DNA of 63,649 bases, counting the filler, from Stramenopiles sp. TOSAG23-2 (taxonomy: Eukaryota): assembly GCA_900128395.1 (NCBI GenBank). It is 12 parts of 12 records of this genome, joined end to end, with 100 filler letters (N's around TTAATTAATTAA, not from the genome) between each part and the next. Parts side by side here need not be neighbours in the genome. Positions count along the whole stretch, not along the records: positions 46,200 to 52,677 come from LT650459.1; positions 52,778 to 59,245 come from LT650460.1; 10 more parts are not named here. One strand, written 5' to 3'. Both the position numbers and the translations under genes were made by a program. Shown one piece after another: positions 46,244-56,609 of the stretch. The notes beneath the pieces were generated by a model. It did no database searches, was not told the DNA's origin, and saw only the letters and a list, made by a program, of their open reading frames with translations. Numbering within the stretch: position 1 is the stretch's first letter; each line of letters starts with the position of its first letter.

Positions 46244-46762
46244 GCATATACGGATTTATGTTTGTAGTCTATATCATTCTTCATTTACTGTATTGTTCTT
46301 ACTAAAATATATATGAGGAGGAGGTGTGTATTATTTCATATTTTATAATAATTATTATGCACAGCACAACTGCCGGCCACAACAAATGCCACATGAATGC
46401 ACCAATAATTATTATTATTATTTGTTTATACTTACAGGTATTTATTAATACCATCATTTTATTATAATATTTTTATACTATACTTGGTACACTATACCTA
46501 AGTATATTAATATTTACTGTATTTATTATTAGAGATGTGATCCTCTCATCCTCTCTATTTTATTATTATTATAATAGATCTATTATATACCGATGTGGTC
46601 TGTGGTGTGTGTGGTGCGAAAACCAGGAAAAGTGCAAAACCACTATTACTCGTACATCATAAATGAAATAAAAGAAATATAAAAAGAATATTTATTATCA
46701 TTGATGAATGATAGACACAAATAGATAGATAGATAAATATATGTACACAACATATCGTCATC

Positions 46763-49264
46763 ATGTCGTCTGCAAGATCAAGGGCACGGACGGTGCATGG
46801 CCGTACCCCGAAAACATCAACCCAATTAGTCGATGAAATGTCACATTCAAAAGATTTCCAATCGCCAGACATTTTTGCATTAAGGCGAAGGCAAGCTCAA
46901 GTGGATGCTGCAAAGAGAGGGGTGAGTCGTTTAAGGCGAGCGTCTGTTAGGATGAGTGATTTGACAAGTGTTATTGATTTAGATTCAAGCAATGATATGA
47001 ACGATGCGTCGCCACGTAAACGAGCGGAAAGCTCTGGGTCTTTATTTGGTGGTAGTGATGAGGAAGAAGAAACCGGCGGGCGTAATTATTATGGTGGAGA
47101 TAGACGCCGTTCATTTGTTTCGCAAAAAGCATTTGATTTATTGGAACTGGAATTGCAAGAGAAGCAAATGGAGTTGAAATTAGCTGCAGAGATTGGGCAA
47201 ATGCTGTTGGAAAAAGAACAGACAATGTCAGAAAGATGTGCCGCTATGGATGTTGAACAGACACGGTTAAAGACTGAATTGCATGAATTGGATAATGAAA
47301 ACCAAGTTTTACATCGTAAATTTTCAGCAGCTCAAAAAAAAAGTAAAGATTTTCAAAATGAAAATCTAAAGTTAAGTGAAGAGATTAGGATCTTAGAAAC
47401 TGAGACAAACAGGCTAAAAGTGCTTGCAGACGAAAATGAAAAGATGAGAAGTACATTAAATGGTGTAAATTTACAATTGATAACATTAAAGAATGAAAAT
47501 CGAAAGATACGAAAACAAAAACGTGATTCACCTGCATTTTCAAGGTTACAAAGTGCATCTACATTGTCTAATAATCATTTTAACAATGATGGGGTAGAAG
47601 GAGGACGACGACTCGCTTACAATACTAGTACAGATGGTAGTAGAAATAGTGGTAATGATAATAATAATAAAAGTCAGAATAGTGATGAAAAACATTATGA
47701 TAATAATAATAATAATAATTCTCAATTGATATCTCGTGAAGAAAATAATGATAGTATTGCTGGTAGAAATTTAAAAGGTAATAATAATGAGGAACAACAA
47801 GAGGAAAGATTACAAAATCATGACAAGATGGTAAGATCGTTAAATCATACTTTAAAAGAAAAGGAAGAATTAGCAAATGCTGATGATAATCTATTAATTC
47901 AAGATGATGGAACTGAATTAAATCGATCTTCAACAAGTGTTGATATGATGTATGATCTTGACCATCTACGCGATGAAAACCAACTTCTACAGAAAAGTGG
48001 AAAGAAGTTAATGTTAGAATTACAAGAATTAAAAGTAATATTTGCAGAAAATGATGAAAGGCTAGATCAACAAACTATTGAATTAAATGTCGCAAAAACA
48101 CATGCAGAATCAATGCATAAAGAAGTATTACGGTTGGAACGGGAAAGTCGAGAAGATAAAGAGATGATAAAATCTTTAAGAGACACCTTGGAAGAGTATA
48201 AAATGCTGTTAGATGAACATGATTATTCTAATAACGTATCAACAGATTCTAGTATGGAAAGTGAGAATGAAAAAAATAGTACAAAAAAGCGAGAAAACAG
48301 TACTAATGATAATAATAATAATACTAATAATTATCAAAATAATGGCCGTAATAGTAATAAAGACAACAACAATAACAATAAGAATAATATTCGTAATGTC
48401 AATCCAACGATGAAAAAAAGCACTCATTCAAGAAATATGAGTATTGGGGATGATGTTGGGTTTTTAAAGAGTGAAATTGAAAGACTGAAACATACAAATC
48501 AAAAATTATCACGTGAAATGATGGTAAAAAAGACAATAAATGCTGAGACTGCGACTATTATATCGAAACAGAATGATCAGAAGGAGGGTACAAATCCTAA
48601 ACCACCATTGATACCAAAATTAACAACTCGAACAACATCTACATCTATTTCAAAAGATTTTGTAGCTATAGGTGTAAATGCACCAATGGAAAATGATATT
48701 AATAGTAATAATGATAATGTGACTGTTGATAAAGATGATCAATTAACGAAACATTTACAATCGAAAATCGAGGAGATCATGCATATTAAAAATGAATTGC
48801 TTGAAAAAGAAATGGATGTACTGCGTTATAAAAAAATTGCAATAGAATGGAGAAAGACAATGAAACCATCATTTATTGTAACGGCTACAGCATTAAAAGA
48901 AGAAGGCTTTACAATGTATAAAATTATCTTGGTTCATCACAATGGTGCTAAACATGAAATAGAAAAGCGATATAGTCATTTTTTGAAATTTTATCAAAAA
49001 TTGGAACGGACTCTTTTTGTTACTGATGCATATATTCGATTACCAAAAATGCCACCAAAAGTATGGGGCCGATCTAGATCAATGGCTCAATCCGTGATTA
49101 ACAAACGTCGTGAGGCATTGAAAGATTTTTTAACTGTCATGGTGGCACTGACTGAAGCTAATGGTGAGATTGCTGAAGCATTTTGGAAATTTCTTGAATT
49201 TGCTCCACCTGAACGTGATAAAAAAATTTTAAGCTTTCATAGTACAAATGACGAGGAAAAATAA
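46763..49264 (+). CDS. Coiled-coil protein with N-terminal CC1-box-like (HAP1/BICD-type) motif and C-terminal PX domain
   Basis: EKQMELKLAAEIGQMLLEKE; long heptad regions; FTMYKI..IEKRYSHFLKFYQKL..LPKMPPK..INKRREALKDFL..FWKFL (PX). Confidence 0.8.
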   Translation: MSSARSRARTVHGRTPKTSTQLVDEMSHSKDFQSPDIFALRRRQAQVDAAKRGVSRLRRASVRMSDLTSVIDLDSSNDMNDASPRKRAESSGSLFGGSDEEEETGGRNYYGGDRRRSFVSQKAFDLLELELQEKQMELKLAAEIGQMLLEKEQTMSERCAAMDVEQTRLKTELHELDNENQVLHRKFSAAQKKSKDFQNENLKLSEEIRILETETNRLKVLADENEKMRSTLNGVNLQLITLKNENRKIRKQKRDSPAFSRLQSASTLSNNHFNNDGVEGGRRLAYNTSTDGSRNSGNDNNNKSQNSDEKHYDNNNNNNSQLISREENNDSIAGRNLKGNNNEEQQEERLQNHDKMVRSLNHTLKEKEELANADDNLLIQDDGTELNRSSTSVDMMYDLDHLRDENQLLQKSGKKLMLELQELKVIFAENDERLDQQTIELNVAKTHAESMHKEVLRLERESREDKEMIKSLRDTLEEYKMLLDEHDYSNNVSTDSSMESENEKNSTKKRENSTNDNNNNTNNYQNNGRNSNKDNNNNNKNNIRNVNPTMKKSTHSRNMSIGDDVGFLKSEIERLKHTNQKLSREMMVKKTINAETATIISKQNDQKEGTNPKPPLIPKLTTRTTSTSISKDFVAIGVNAPMENDINSNNDNVTVDKDDQLTKHLQSKIEEIMHIKNELLEKEMDVLRYKKIAIEWRKTMKPSFIVTATALKEEGFTMYKIILVHHNGAKHEIEKRYSHFLKFYQKLERTLFVTDAYIRLPKMPPKVWGRSRSMAQSVINKRREALKDFLTVMVALTEANGEIAEAFWKFLEFAPPERDKKILSFHSTNDEEK

Positions 49265-49683
49265 TTAAAAAAATTTTGTTCTGTACTAGTATGTAGTACT
49301 GTAAGTACAGTATCTAGATTGTATCTAGACGGTTGTAATAAGAACTATTAAGGGAAATAATTATATTATACTATATTGTTCAGGTATAATTAGGATAGCA
49401 CTATATTACGGGTGTTAGTATATATCCGCTATACTACTAGAGACTAGTAAACATACTTAAGGTAAGTTATGCATCAACAGCTATACATAGATATGTATAT
49501 TATATATATACCAGTATATCGGGTATGAGATATTTGAATTATTAGAAAATTATAGAGTATCATATATATAGACATACACAAAGTCGTTTGTATACATATA
49601 AGATATACATCCATATATATATTCTAACAATTGTTCTTCAGTCTTTTTTAATATTTTTTTTTCGGATACAAATAGATAGATAA

Positions 49684-51003
49684 ATGGCAGAAAAAAACGT
49701 AATGAAGAATAATGCAACGGAATCTGTTGTATCGCCTGGGCTAATGTTTCAATCTCCAACTCGAAATAATAATAGTAGTGTTAAAAAAGTCAAAGATAAA
49801 AGACGAAATTTAACTCCTTCTCCCTCGTTTGGATCTAGCCCAATCCGGGATGCTCATTCTTATGGAGGTAATGCAATTGGTGCAGAATCTCCCAATTCGT
49901 CCTTTTCTACCGATTTACGAACTTGGATAGGCGATGAGGATATCAATAATTTTCTAGACTCTACGAGCGTACACCAAAAACGTTATAAGAATCAAGAACT
50001 GCAACATTTAGGTGATACTATAGCGGTGATTCAAAATGAGATGCAAGCACAAATTGATGCACTATTAGTAAAAGTTACTCAATGGCGATCAAAAGACCAA
50101 AAAGACATGTTTAGAGATCGTGAATTGCTTCTTGAAGGCATGAGAAATAGCAATGAGAAGATTAAAAGTGTAGCAGTCAAGCAAAATGAAATAAAGATGA
50201 CGCTTCATGGAATAGTTACTAATAATGAAAAAGAAAGAGAGAATAACAATAATAATAATAATAATAATAAAAATGTTGTAAACAATGGCAAAAATGATTA
50301 TGGTTCTAAAAAAAGCCCTGAGGCTATTGATTCCGCTTTAATATTACGGATTAAAAATTCATTGGATAGATTTGAATTGCAGGAACATACTATAAATGAA
50401 TTACAAAACAAAATACATATGATTGGGGAGAAGCAGCAAGTAATTAATCTAGATTTGAATCAATTGCAAGACACTGTTGAGAATGCAGTTGCTTCCTTAC
50501 AAGGTCAAATACATACAATGTTAAATGCACAACATACAATCGTAAAGGAAATATCTGATCGTAATCAAAATGAAAGATTATTTAAAGAAGAAATCAAACG
50601 CCTTGAAATGTTATTTGCTGAATTATCTAAAAGCCAACAAATAACTGAGGAGACTTCAAAAATATTTATGGACGAGATGATTACATGGAGAAAAGAAGTA
50701 GATATGAATAATAATATTTTTAATCAGAATATGAATAGAATTACAAATAGTTACAGTCGTTTACGTAATGAAACAAATCGAGATAAAATGTATGAGGATA
50801 GATCTTTTAAAGGATTACATGTTAGTGTAGAAATCTGTGAAGATGAGATACGTAAGCTAAAAAAGCAATTAACACTTGCTGTAAAACTATTTCGTAAAAG
50901 GAAAGACAATCTTGATCACAGTAATACTAGTAATCGAAGTAATAGTACTCTTGATATCACAAGCAATGTAAATAGTAATAAATTAAGTAGTAGTAAATGG
51001 TGA
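49684..51003 (+). CDS. Hypothetical coiled-coil protein
   Basis: 439-codon ORF, Ser/Pro-rich N-terminus, helical Q/E/K/L-rich body. Confidence 0.7.
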   Translation: MAEKNVMKNNATESVVSPGLMFQSPTRNNNSSVKKVKDKRRNLTPSPSFGSSPIRDAHSYGGNAIGAESPNSSFSTDLRTWIGDEDINNFLDSTSVHQKRYKNQELQHLGDTIAVIQNEMQAQIDALLVKVTQWRSKDQKDMFRDRELLLEGMRNSNEKIKSVAVKQNEIKMTLHGIVTNNEKERENNNNNNNNNKNVVNNGKNDYGSKKSPEAIDSALILRIKNSLDRFELQEHTINELQNKIHMIGEKQQVINLDLNQLQDTVENAVASLQGQIHTMLNAQHTIVKEISDRNQNERLFKEEIKRLEMLFAELSKSQQITEETSKIFMDEMITWRKEVDMNNNIFNQNMNRITNSYSRLRNETNRDKMYEDRSFKGLHVSVEICEDEIRKLKKQLTLAVKLFRKRKDNLDHSNTSNRSNSTLDITSNVNSNKLSSSKW

Positions 51004-51374
51004 AGTAGAAAAGTCTTGTGTTGAACATGTGTGTGGTGCGCGCGTGTATATTTAAAATAATTCCGTATTAAAAAAAATGTATTACAAAACTAAATATATT
51101 TTTAACTTATGATGGTTAAATTCTTCGTAAGTTATAAATAATTTTTACGACTCGTTACTTCCCCGTGGTAAAATAATAATATGCTCAATATCTACTCGTT
51201 ATAATATACTTCCGTATGATACATAATATATCTCTCGTATTATGATATATATATCATACGATATACGACTTCGTACAAAATCCATTTTCTTATATACATA
51301 TATATAATATAAATTTAAAAATGTAACTCTATGTACAAATAACATGTATTTTACGAGTAATACATTCGATCTCT

Positions 51375-52058
51375 CTAACATTCTATATTTTCTTTCCCTA
51401 CATAGTCACCAAAATAGTACAAAAAAAACAGAATAACAATTACTCCCGACCATTCGAAAGACGGCAAAATAATATGTTTAGGTAAATCTAATACACCTAT
51501 TCCCATTAATATCACTATCAGTATTTCAGTAACAACATAAGTGCCTGCAAATGCTGCTGTATGCTTTAATTTTTTTTCCTTTATAGTCAACACTTTCATT
51601 TGATTGAGTTTGAATGCAATACTTAGTTGAAAAATGCCAACTAATAAGAAGAAGAATATTGCAAAAGTTGAATGGACGTTATTGTTTTCTGCACATGATA
51701 TTGCTGCGCAAGAAAGTAAGCAAAACCCAGCGACCAGTAACAAAACGTAGTTGCATTTGAAATTTCTTCTCTTTTTCATGGACATTGCTAATAAAACAAT
51801 TAAATTACCTGTAGTTATGAAGCCTGCTCTGAAAAAATATGCAGCAGGCAATGTCGACCCATATACACTAATAGTTGATAGTGGCCAAAAAGGCAAAGGC
51901 GAGGTTGATGCACCAATTATATATACTGTCACTATAGTTAAAAAGGATGTTATAGATGCAAGTTTTGCTAAAAAGCTTGCTGTGATGGTAACTGACGAAG
52001 TGTCAAGTTTACCATCAGTCCTCAAGATACCGTAATTTCCCGAATCAAGCATTATCAA
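51375..52058 (-). CDS. Frag1/DRAM/Sfk1 family membrane protein
   Basis: TISVYGSTLPAAYFFRAG, VHSTFAIFFF, FEW; about 6 TM segments. Confidence 0.75.
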   Translation of the reverse strand: MIMLDSGNYGILRTDGKLDTSSVTITASFLAKLASITSFLTIVTVYIIGASTSPLPFWPLSTISVYGSTLPAAYFFRAGFITTGNLIVLLAMSMKKRRNFKCNYVLLLVAGFCLLSCAAISCAENNNVHSTFAIFFFLLVGIFQLSIAFKLNQMKVLTIKEKKLKHTAAFAGTYVVTEILIVILMGIGVLDLPKHIILPSFEWSGVIVILFFLYYFGDYVGKENIEC

Positions 52059-52171
52059 ATTTCTTTTGTAATTAATGTTGTAAAATAATATTAATTGTAT
52101 CTACTGTAATTAGTCTGAAAGCATGGTTCATAATAAGTGTATTAATTTTATAATTTAATATATTGATTATT

Positions 52172-52220
52172 ATTATAATAATAATAATAATAATAATAAA
52201 TAATAATAATAATAATAATA
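52172..52220. repeat. (AAT)n microsatellite
   Basis: ataataataat... Confidence 0.9.
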
Positions 52221-52777
52221 TTATTAATTAATAGCACCACCTACTGTGCTACTGGCCTACCACCGGCAATAATAATATAATAAAAAATATTATCATAATC
52301 CAGCAATGATGTGCCAATTTCTAATTATTATATTATTATTTTTTTAATAATACCAGGCCGGCCACCAGGGCAACAACAAAAAATTATGGATTAGTAGTTA
52401 TACTTGGTACTATAGAAACACTATTATTACCAGGTAAAATATACAATGTTTCTCCAGGTACATAGACTACGCATACCATCACATCTCGCATATTTTCCAT
52501 CAAATTTTATTAAAATCAACATTTTCAACCTAAATTTTAGTAATTCCTTGTTTTTCACATGGATTTTTCATTTCATTACATGAAAACAAAGGAAAAACAT
52601 TGAAAATACCTTTTTAAACTTATGCTCCACTAGTATACCATTTTTCCTATCAATTGGCAAAATAATTTTGACATTTCNNNNNNNNNNNNNNNNNNNNNNN
52701 NNNNNNNNNNNNNNNNNNNNNTTAATTAATTAANNNNNNNNNNNNNNNNNNNNNNNNNNNNNNNNNNNNNNNNNNNN

Positions 52778-53026
52778 TAAAACTTAATTAGAGGTATTTT
52801 TTATCAATTGAACTAGAATTGATACTCTTTCTACTTGTATAAAAGGAATTTGTGATAGTGCTGTATTAATAGTAAATTAGTATCGTAGTAGGCCTAACAA
52901 AAGTTTTTATAGCAAAAGCAGTGCAAAATTAAAATAAAAAAAAGAAGTTCACAAGTAGTCGTGCTCGTAGTATACCATGGTATACGTCAAAAAATTCTCT
53001 TCTTCTTCTTCCTTGTTCGTAAAAGA
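52778..53026 (+). repeat. Left arm of 249-bp inverted repeat (cut by contig start)
   Basis: Reverse complement of 58888-59136, read base by base (taaaacttaattagagg...ccttgttcgtaaaaga). Confidence 0.95.
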
Positions 53027-53645
53027 GCTAAATTTATATATCATCAAAGAGAAAGGTATGTGGGATCAGCTTGATAAATGGAGTCAGTTAAGAAGACAAG
53101 AAGCGTACGATGATGAAGCAGAAAAGAATCTTCAGCCTTTGCAAGAGTGGTGGCGAGAAAATGGGGCTACACGTGCGAAGAAAAGATCGCATGAAAAAAT
53201 TCAAGAGGAAGAGGCGAAAATTGAAAATTTAAATGCACGATTGGAAGAAGAAGACGATGATTATATTAAAGAAGTCTTCAAATCTCAAATTGCAACTCTC
53301 AAGAGACAGATCACGACAAAAAAAAATCAGTTTTCAAAAAATCATAAACAAGATTATGATGATTATATTAAAGAAACAGATACGCAAAAAAATGTTGTTG
53401 CACGGTTACGAGAAAGGCTATCCCAACGTGACAATGAAAATGATGACGACGACGAAGAAGAGAACGATGATCAAGAAGACTCTGAAGAAGAAGAAGAAGA
53501 CTCTGATGTTGAAAGCGATGACGAAGAACCACCAAAAAAAAAGCAAAAGAAAGGTGCAACAACAACGACGACGAAAACAACGCCAAGCAAAAAAGGAAAA
53601 GGAAAAAAAAAAAAGAAAAAGAAAAATTTAAAACTTGTTAAATGA
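52977..53645 (+). CDS. Hypothetical charged protein (coiled coil, acidic tract, Lys-rich tail); first ATG lies inside the inverted repeat, alternative ATG at 53058
   Basis: 222-codon ORF with D/E run and KKKKKKK C-terminus. Confidence 0.55.
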   Translation: MVYVKKFSSSSSLFVKELNLYIIKEKGMWDQLDKWSQLRRQEAYDDEAEKNLQPLQEWWRENGATRAKKRSHEKIQEEEAKIENLNARLEEEDDDYIKEVFKSQIATLKRQITTKKNQFSKNHKQDYDDYIKETDTQKNVVARLRERLSQRDNENDDDDEEENDDQEDSEEEEEDSDVESDDEEPPKKKQKKGATTTTTKTTPSKKGKGKKKKKKKNLKLVK

Positions 53646-54030
53646 CTATCACGTATAAGAGAAAAGAAACTGTCAAAAGTCGTATCAAAAAGTGTAAGAA
53701 GAATGTTATATGTACAAGAGCAACAGGGCGAGTTAGTAAGTTGCTATATTTAAAAAAATTAAAAAGTAAAAACATTATTTTTTTTTGTAAAAATGTACAA
53801 CAATGTATATTTTATCTTCTTTATCATCTTTTTCTATATGGTACGGTACAGAATCATAACCAAATTTTTTTATTAAATCCATTCTATCAATTACTTCTTC
53901 AAATGTTAAATCATACATTTTAAGAAACATTATTTCACTTGTATATATTGTTTATATTTCTTTTTATTGACTTGCAAGACTCAATTTTTTTTAGTAAAAT
54001 AAAATTAGTATGGACGTAGTATTGTAGTTG

Positions 54031-54127
54031 CAAAAAATTGAAATGGATTTTACTACATATATGGTAGGCAACAACTAAAAACACAAAGCACAAGCAGTTA
54101 AAAGACCAAAAAGCCAAAAATGAGTTC
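54031..54127 (+). promoter_or_regulatory. Putative NCLDV-type early promoter cassette, copy 1
   Basis: caaaaaattgaaatggattttactacatat..gtaggcaa..aaaaacacaaagcacaagca..aaaatgagtt, upstream of ATG 54120. Confidence 0.55.
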
Positions 54128-54383
54128 AAGTACAATATTAAACAAGGAAGAGAAGCTAAATCAACTTCGTGAATTACTATCACTCCATAAGATTTTTAGA
54201 CCAATAGATTGTAAATTCTTGGATTACTGTTGTCATGTACAAGGAAGCTTTTGGATCTCTCGTAAACAAGCTAAAAGAGATTTTCCTACATGTAAAGTAA
54301 AACAATATCTTACAGCGGAAGAAATTTTAAAGCACTTAATAAAATATAATCTAGAACCTCAAGATATAAGAATATGGAATTGA
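54120..54383 (+). CDS. Small hypothetical protein, virus-like context
   Basis: 87-codon ORF directly downstream of the AAAAATTGA cassette. Confidence 0.5.
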   Translation: MSSSTILNKEEKLNQLRELLSLHKIFRPIDCKFLDYCCHVQGSFWISRKQAKRDFPTCKVKQYLTAEEILKHLIKYNLEPQDIRIWN

Positions 54384-54496
54384 AGTTTATCACATAAAAA
54401 ATTTATAAAAAAATCAAAAAAAATCAACTTTTTTAATCTAATAAAAGGGTATATACCATATACGAAAATCAATAATTTATTTAATTTTGATTTTTA

Positions 54497-54580
54497 CAAA
54501 AAATTGAAATGAATTTTTACTAGATATGTTGTAGGCAATAACAAGATAAAAACACAAAGCACAAGCAACGAAAATGAGTT
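54497..54580 (+). promoter_or_regulatory. Putative NCLDV-type early promoter cassette, copy 2
   Basis: caaaaaattgaaatgaatttttactagatat..gtaggcaa..aaaaacacaaagcacaagca..aaaatgagtt. Confidence 0.55.
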
Positions 54581-54622
54581 TAAGTAAAAGCAGACAACAA
54601 AAATCAGTACCACCACAATAGT

Positions 54623-55123
54623 CTAACAAAAGCTTATCGTAATTTAGCAAAATATATGGTGGAAAAAGAAATGTTGTTTTTGGTAGAATTTATTACTTCA
54701 CGAGACTACTTATATAGTGTTGATAGTGATTTATTAATGCTCAATAATAAGATAATTCCAGCAGAAGATTTTATAAAACAAACTGATAAATATTATTATA
54801 AATATCACCATTTTTATGAGTTGCTTACTGTAAAAGGGACAGAATTATATAATATGTACAAAGAATATTGTAATAATAATTGCTATTCATACAAGGCAAG
54901 TGAACAAAAATTTTATAACCAACTAGCAAAATATAAATTTACAGACTTTGAAAGCCAAATAGGAGGTACAACTAGAACAATAGAATATAGATTTTATCCT
55001 GTACTTTTAATGAAAGACTTAATAAAAAAAGGTGTATATCCAGACACGGATCTAATACACTTTGAAGATTTTGAAGGAAAAACCAAACAAGAAAAATCAA
55101 ATATTCCGCAATTAAAAGGATAA
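54623..55123 (+). pseudogene. C-terminal (winged-helix-like) fragment of a D5/P4-type primase-helicase
   Basis: LTKAYRNL..KGTELYNMYKEYCNNNCYSYKASEQKFYNQL resembles the LY..Y..[WY]C......F...L motif. No Walker A is present, and the cassette-linked ATG at 54574 is out of frame and stops after 15 codons. Confidence 0.5.
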
Positions 55124-55271
55124 CAAAATAAGACTTATAAATCCTCGCAAGAACAATAATGTTTTTGAAATTCCATTAACTAGTGGATTAGGTGAGCTTG
55201 TATTTAAAAAATACTCAGCTATTAATAATGATGTTATAAGTAACACTGACTGGTATAATTTTTACAGAATT

Positions 55272-55541
55272 ATGGAATTCGTGGATTATCCTCGTAGAGC
55301 TTTAGGTAGGAACAGAAAATTGCAAATAGCAAATTATGTAAGAAATAATATGGGAAATCAACCACAGCAAGGAGGTGTACGTTCTACAAACAACGGAACG
55401 AGTAATGAAGCAGTTAGTCTGCGATGTTCAAATGATATTGTGTGTCCAGAATTAATTATTCCCAGTGATAGAAGGATAAAAAAAAATATAGTTGATGTTC
55501 CCGGCAACAAAAAATCCACCACAGATATTATAAATATTTAA
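55272..55541 (+). pseudogene. Truncated fibre-like gene with start of a peptidase S74 / intramolecular chaperone motif
   Basis: IIPSDRRIKKNIVDV matches SDxRxKxNI; the ORF stops 13 codons later. Frame is open without ATG from about 55116. Confidence 0.55.
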
Positions 55542-55700
55542 TTGTATATTTGACTATTTGGTATATTTGTATTTATATTTGGGTTTGGCATTGCGGGTAT
55601 ATAAACCCAGCATTGCGGGTCAATAAATAGGGCATGCGGAGAATAAATTGTACCAGGTGTATTTATTTATTCATTAAATTAAATACTTACTTCCATGAGA

Positions 55701-55729
55701 TGTAGTAAAAAATCCATTTCAATTTTTTG
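55701..55729 (-). promoter_or_regulatory. Putative NCLDV-type early promoter cassette, partial copy 3
   Basis: Reverse complement reads caaaaaattgaaatggattttttactaca, nearly identical to the start of copy 1. Confidence 0.5.
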
Positions 55730-56176
55730 TAAAATTACTAGAAAATTGAAAAAATACATAAAAAAAGGTTGCATTAGGTTATCTCAAAGTAAGTATTTTA
55801 TTTATTTAATTAAATTATCGTTTTTAAAAAGGGTTGATACCCATTTATAAAACAGGTCTTTTATTAAAGGGTGTGTGATATATATATCATTCATTAATTT
55901 TTAAAAACGAGGGATCCGAGGGGGTTTAGCCCTTTTTTTTTTAGGGTGGGGGGATAGAAAAACAAAATCATCAAAAAGAGACCTAATAGAATTTAGTGCC
56001 CAACCCCCTCGGGTTCTACATTTTTATTGAAATTCTTTATATTTAATGACGCAATATATCTTTTATTTTAAAGTGGCTTAAAGAAATAGTCTAAAAAAAC
56101 ACAAATAATACTGCTATTTTTAAGAAAAAAAGTGAAAAAAACCTAAAAAATTGATATTTTTTAATAAAAATTAGTC

Positions 56177-56459
56177 AAAAAAACCTAAAAAATTAGTATT
56201 TTGTGTACAAAATTAGCGATAAAATACTGCTTTTGCTTATTGATAATGGCAAAAAAACCTAAAAAATTAGTATTTTGTGTATAAATATTAGCGATAAAAT
56301 ACTGCTTTTGCTTTTTGATAATGGCAAAAAAACCTAAAAAAAAAATACACTAGATCCAAAAAAACTTAATTTTATGCACTAAATTTTTATAAAAAAGTGA
56401 AGTTTTAAAAATGCACTAAATTTTTATAAAAAAGTGAAGTTTTAAAAATGCACTAAATT
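56177..56459. repeat. Two A-rich direct tandem repeat blocks (~75-bp unit x2+, ~37-bp unit x2+)
   Basis: caaaaaaacctaaaaaattagtattttgtgt..ttagcgataaaatactgcttttgct twice; atgcactaaatttttataaaaaagtgaagttttaaaa twice. Confidence 0.85.
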
Positions 56460-56609
56460 CTTGTTGCAGAAGTCAAAAAAAACGACAAAGTACACTAGGG
56501 TTTTTTTAGGGTTACACGACTATTTTTTCCGAAAAATGACCAACTATTCAAAAACGGTAAAATGGGGAATTGTATTTACCTGCTAATGAATCCGAGAATC
56601 CTAATTATT

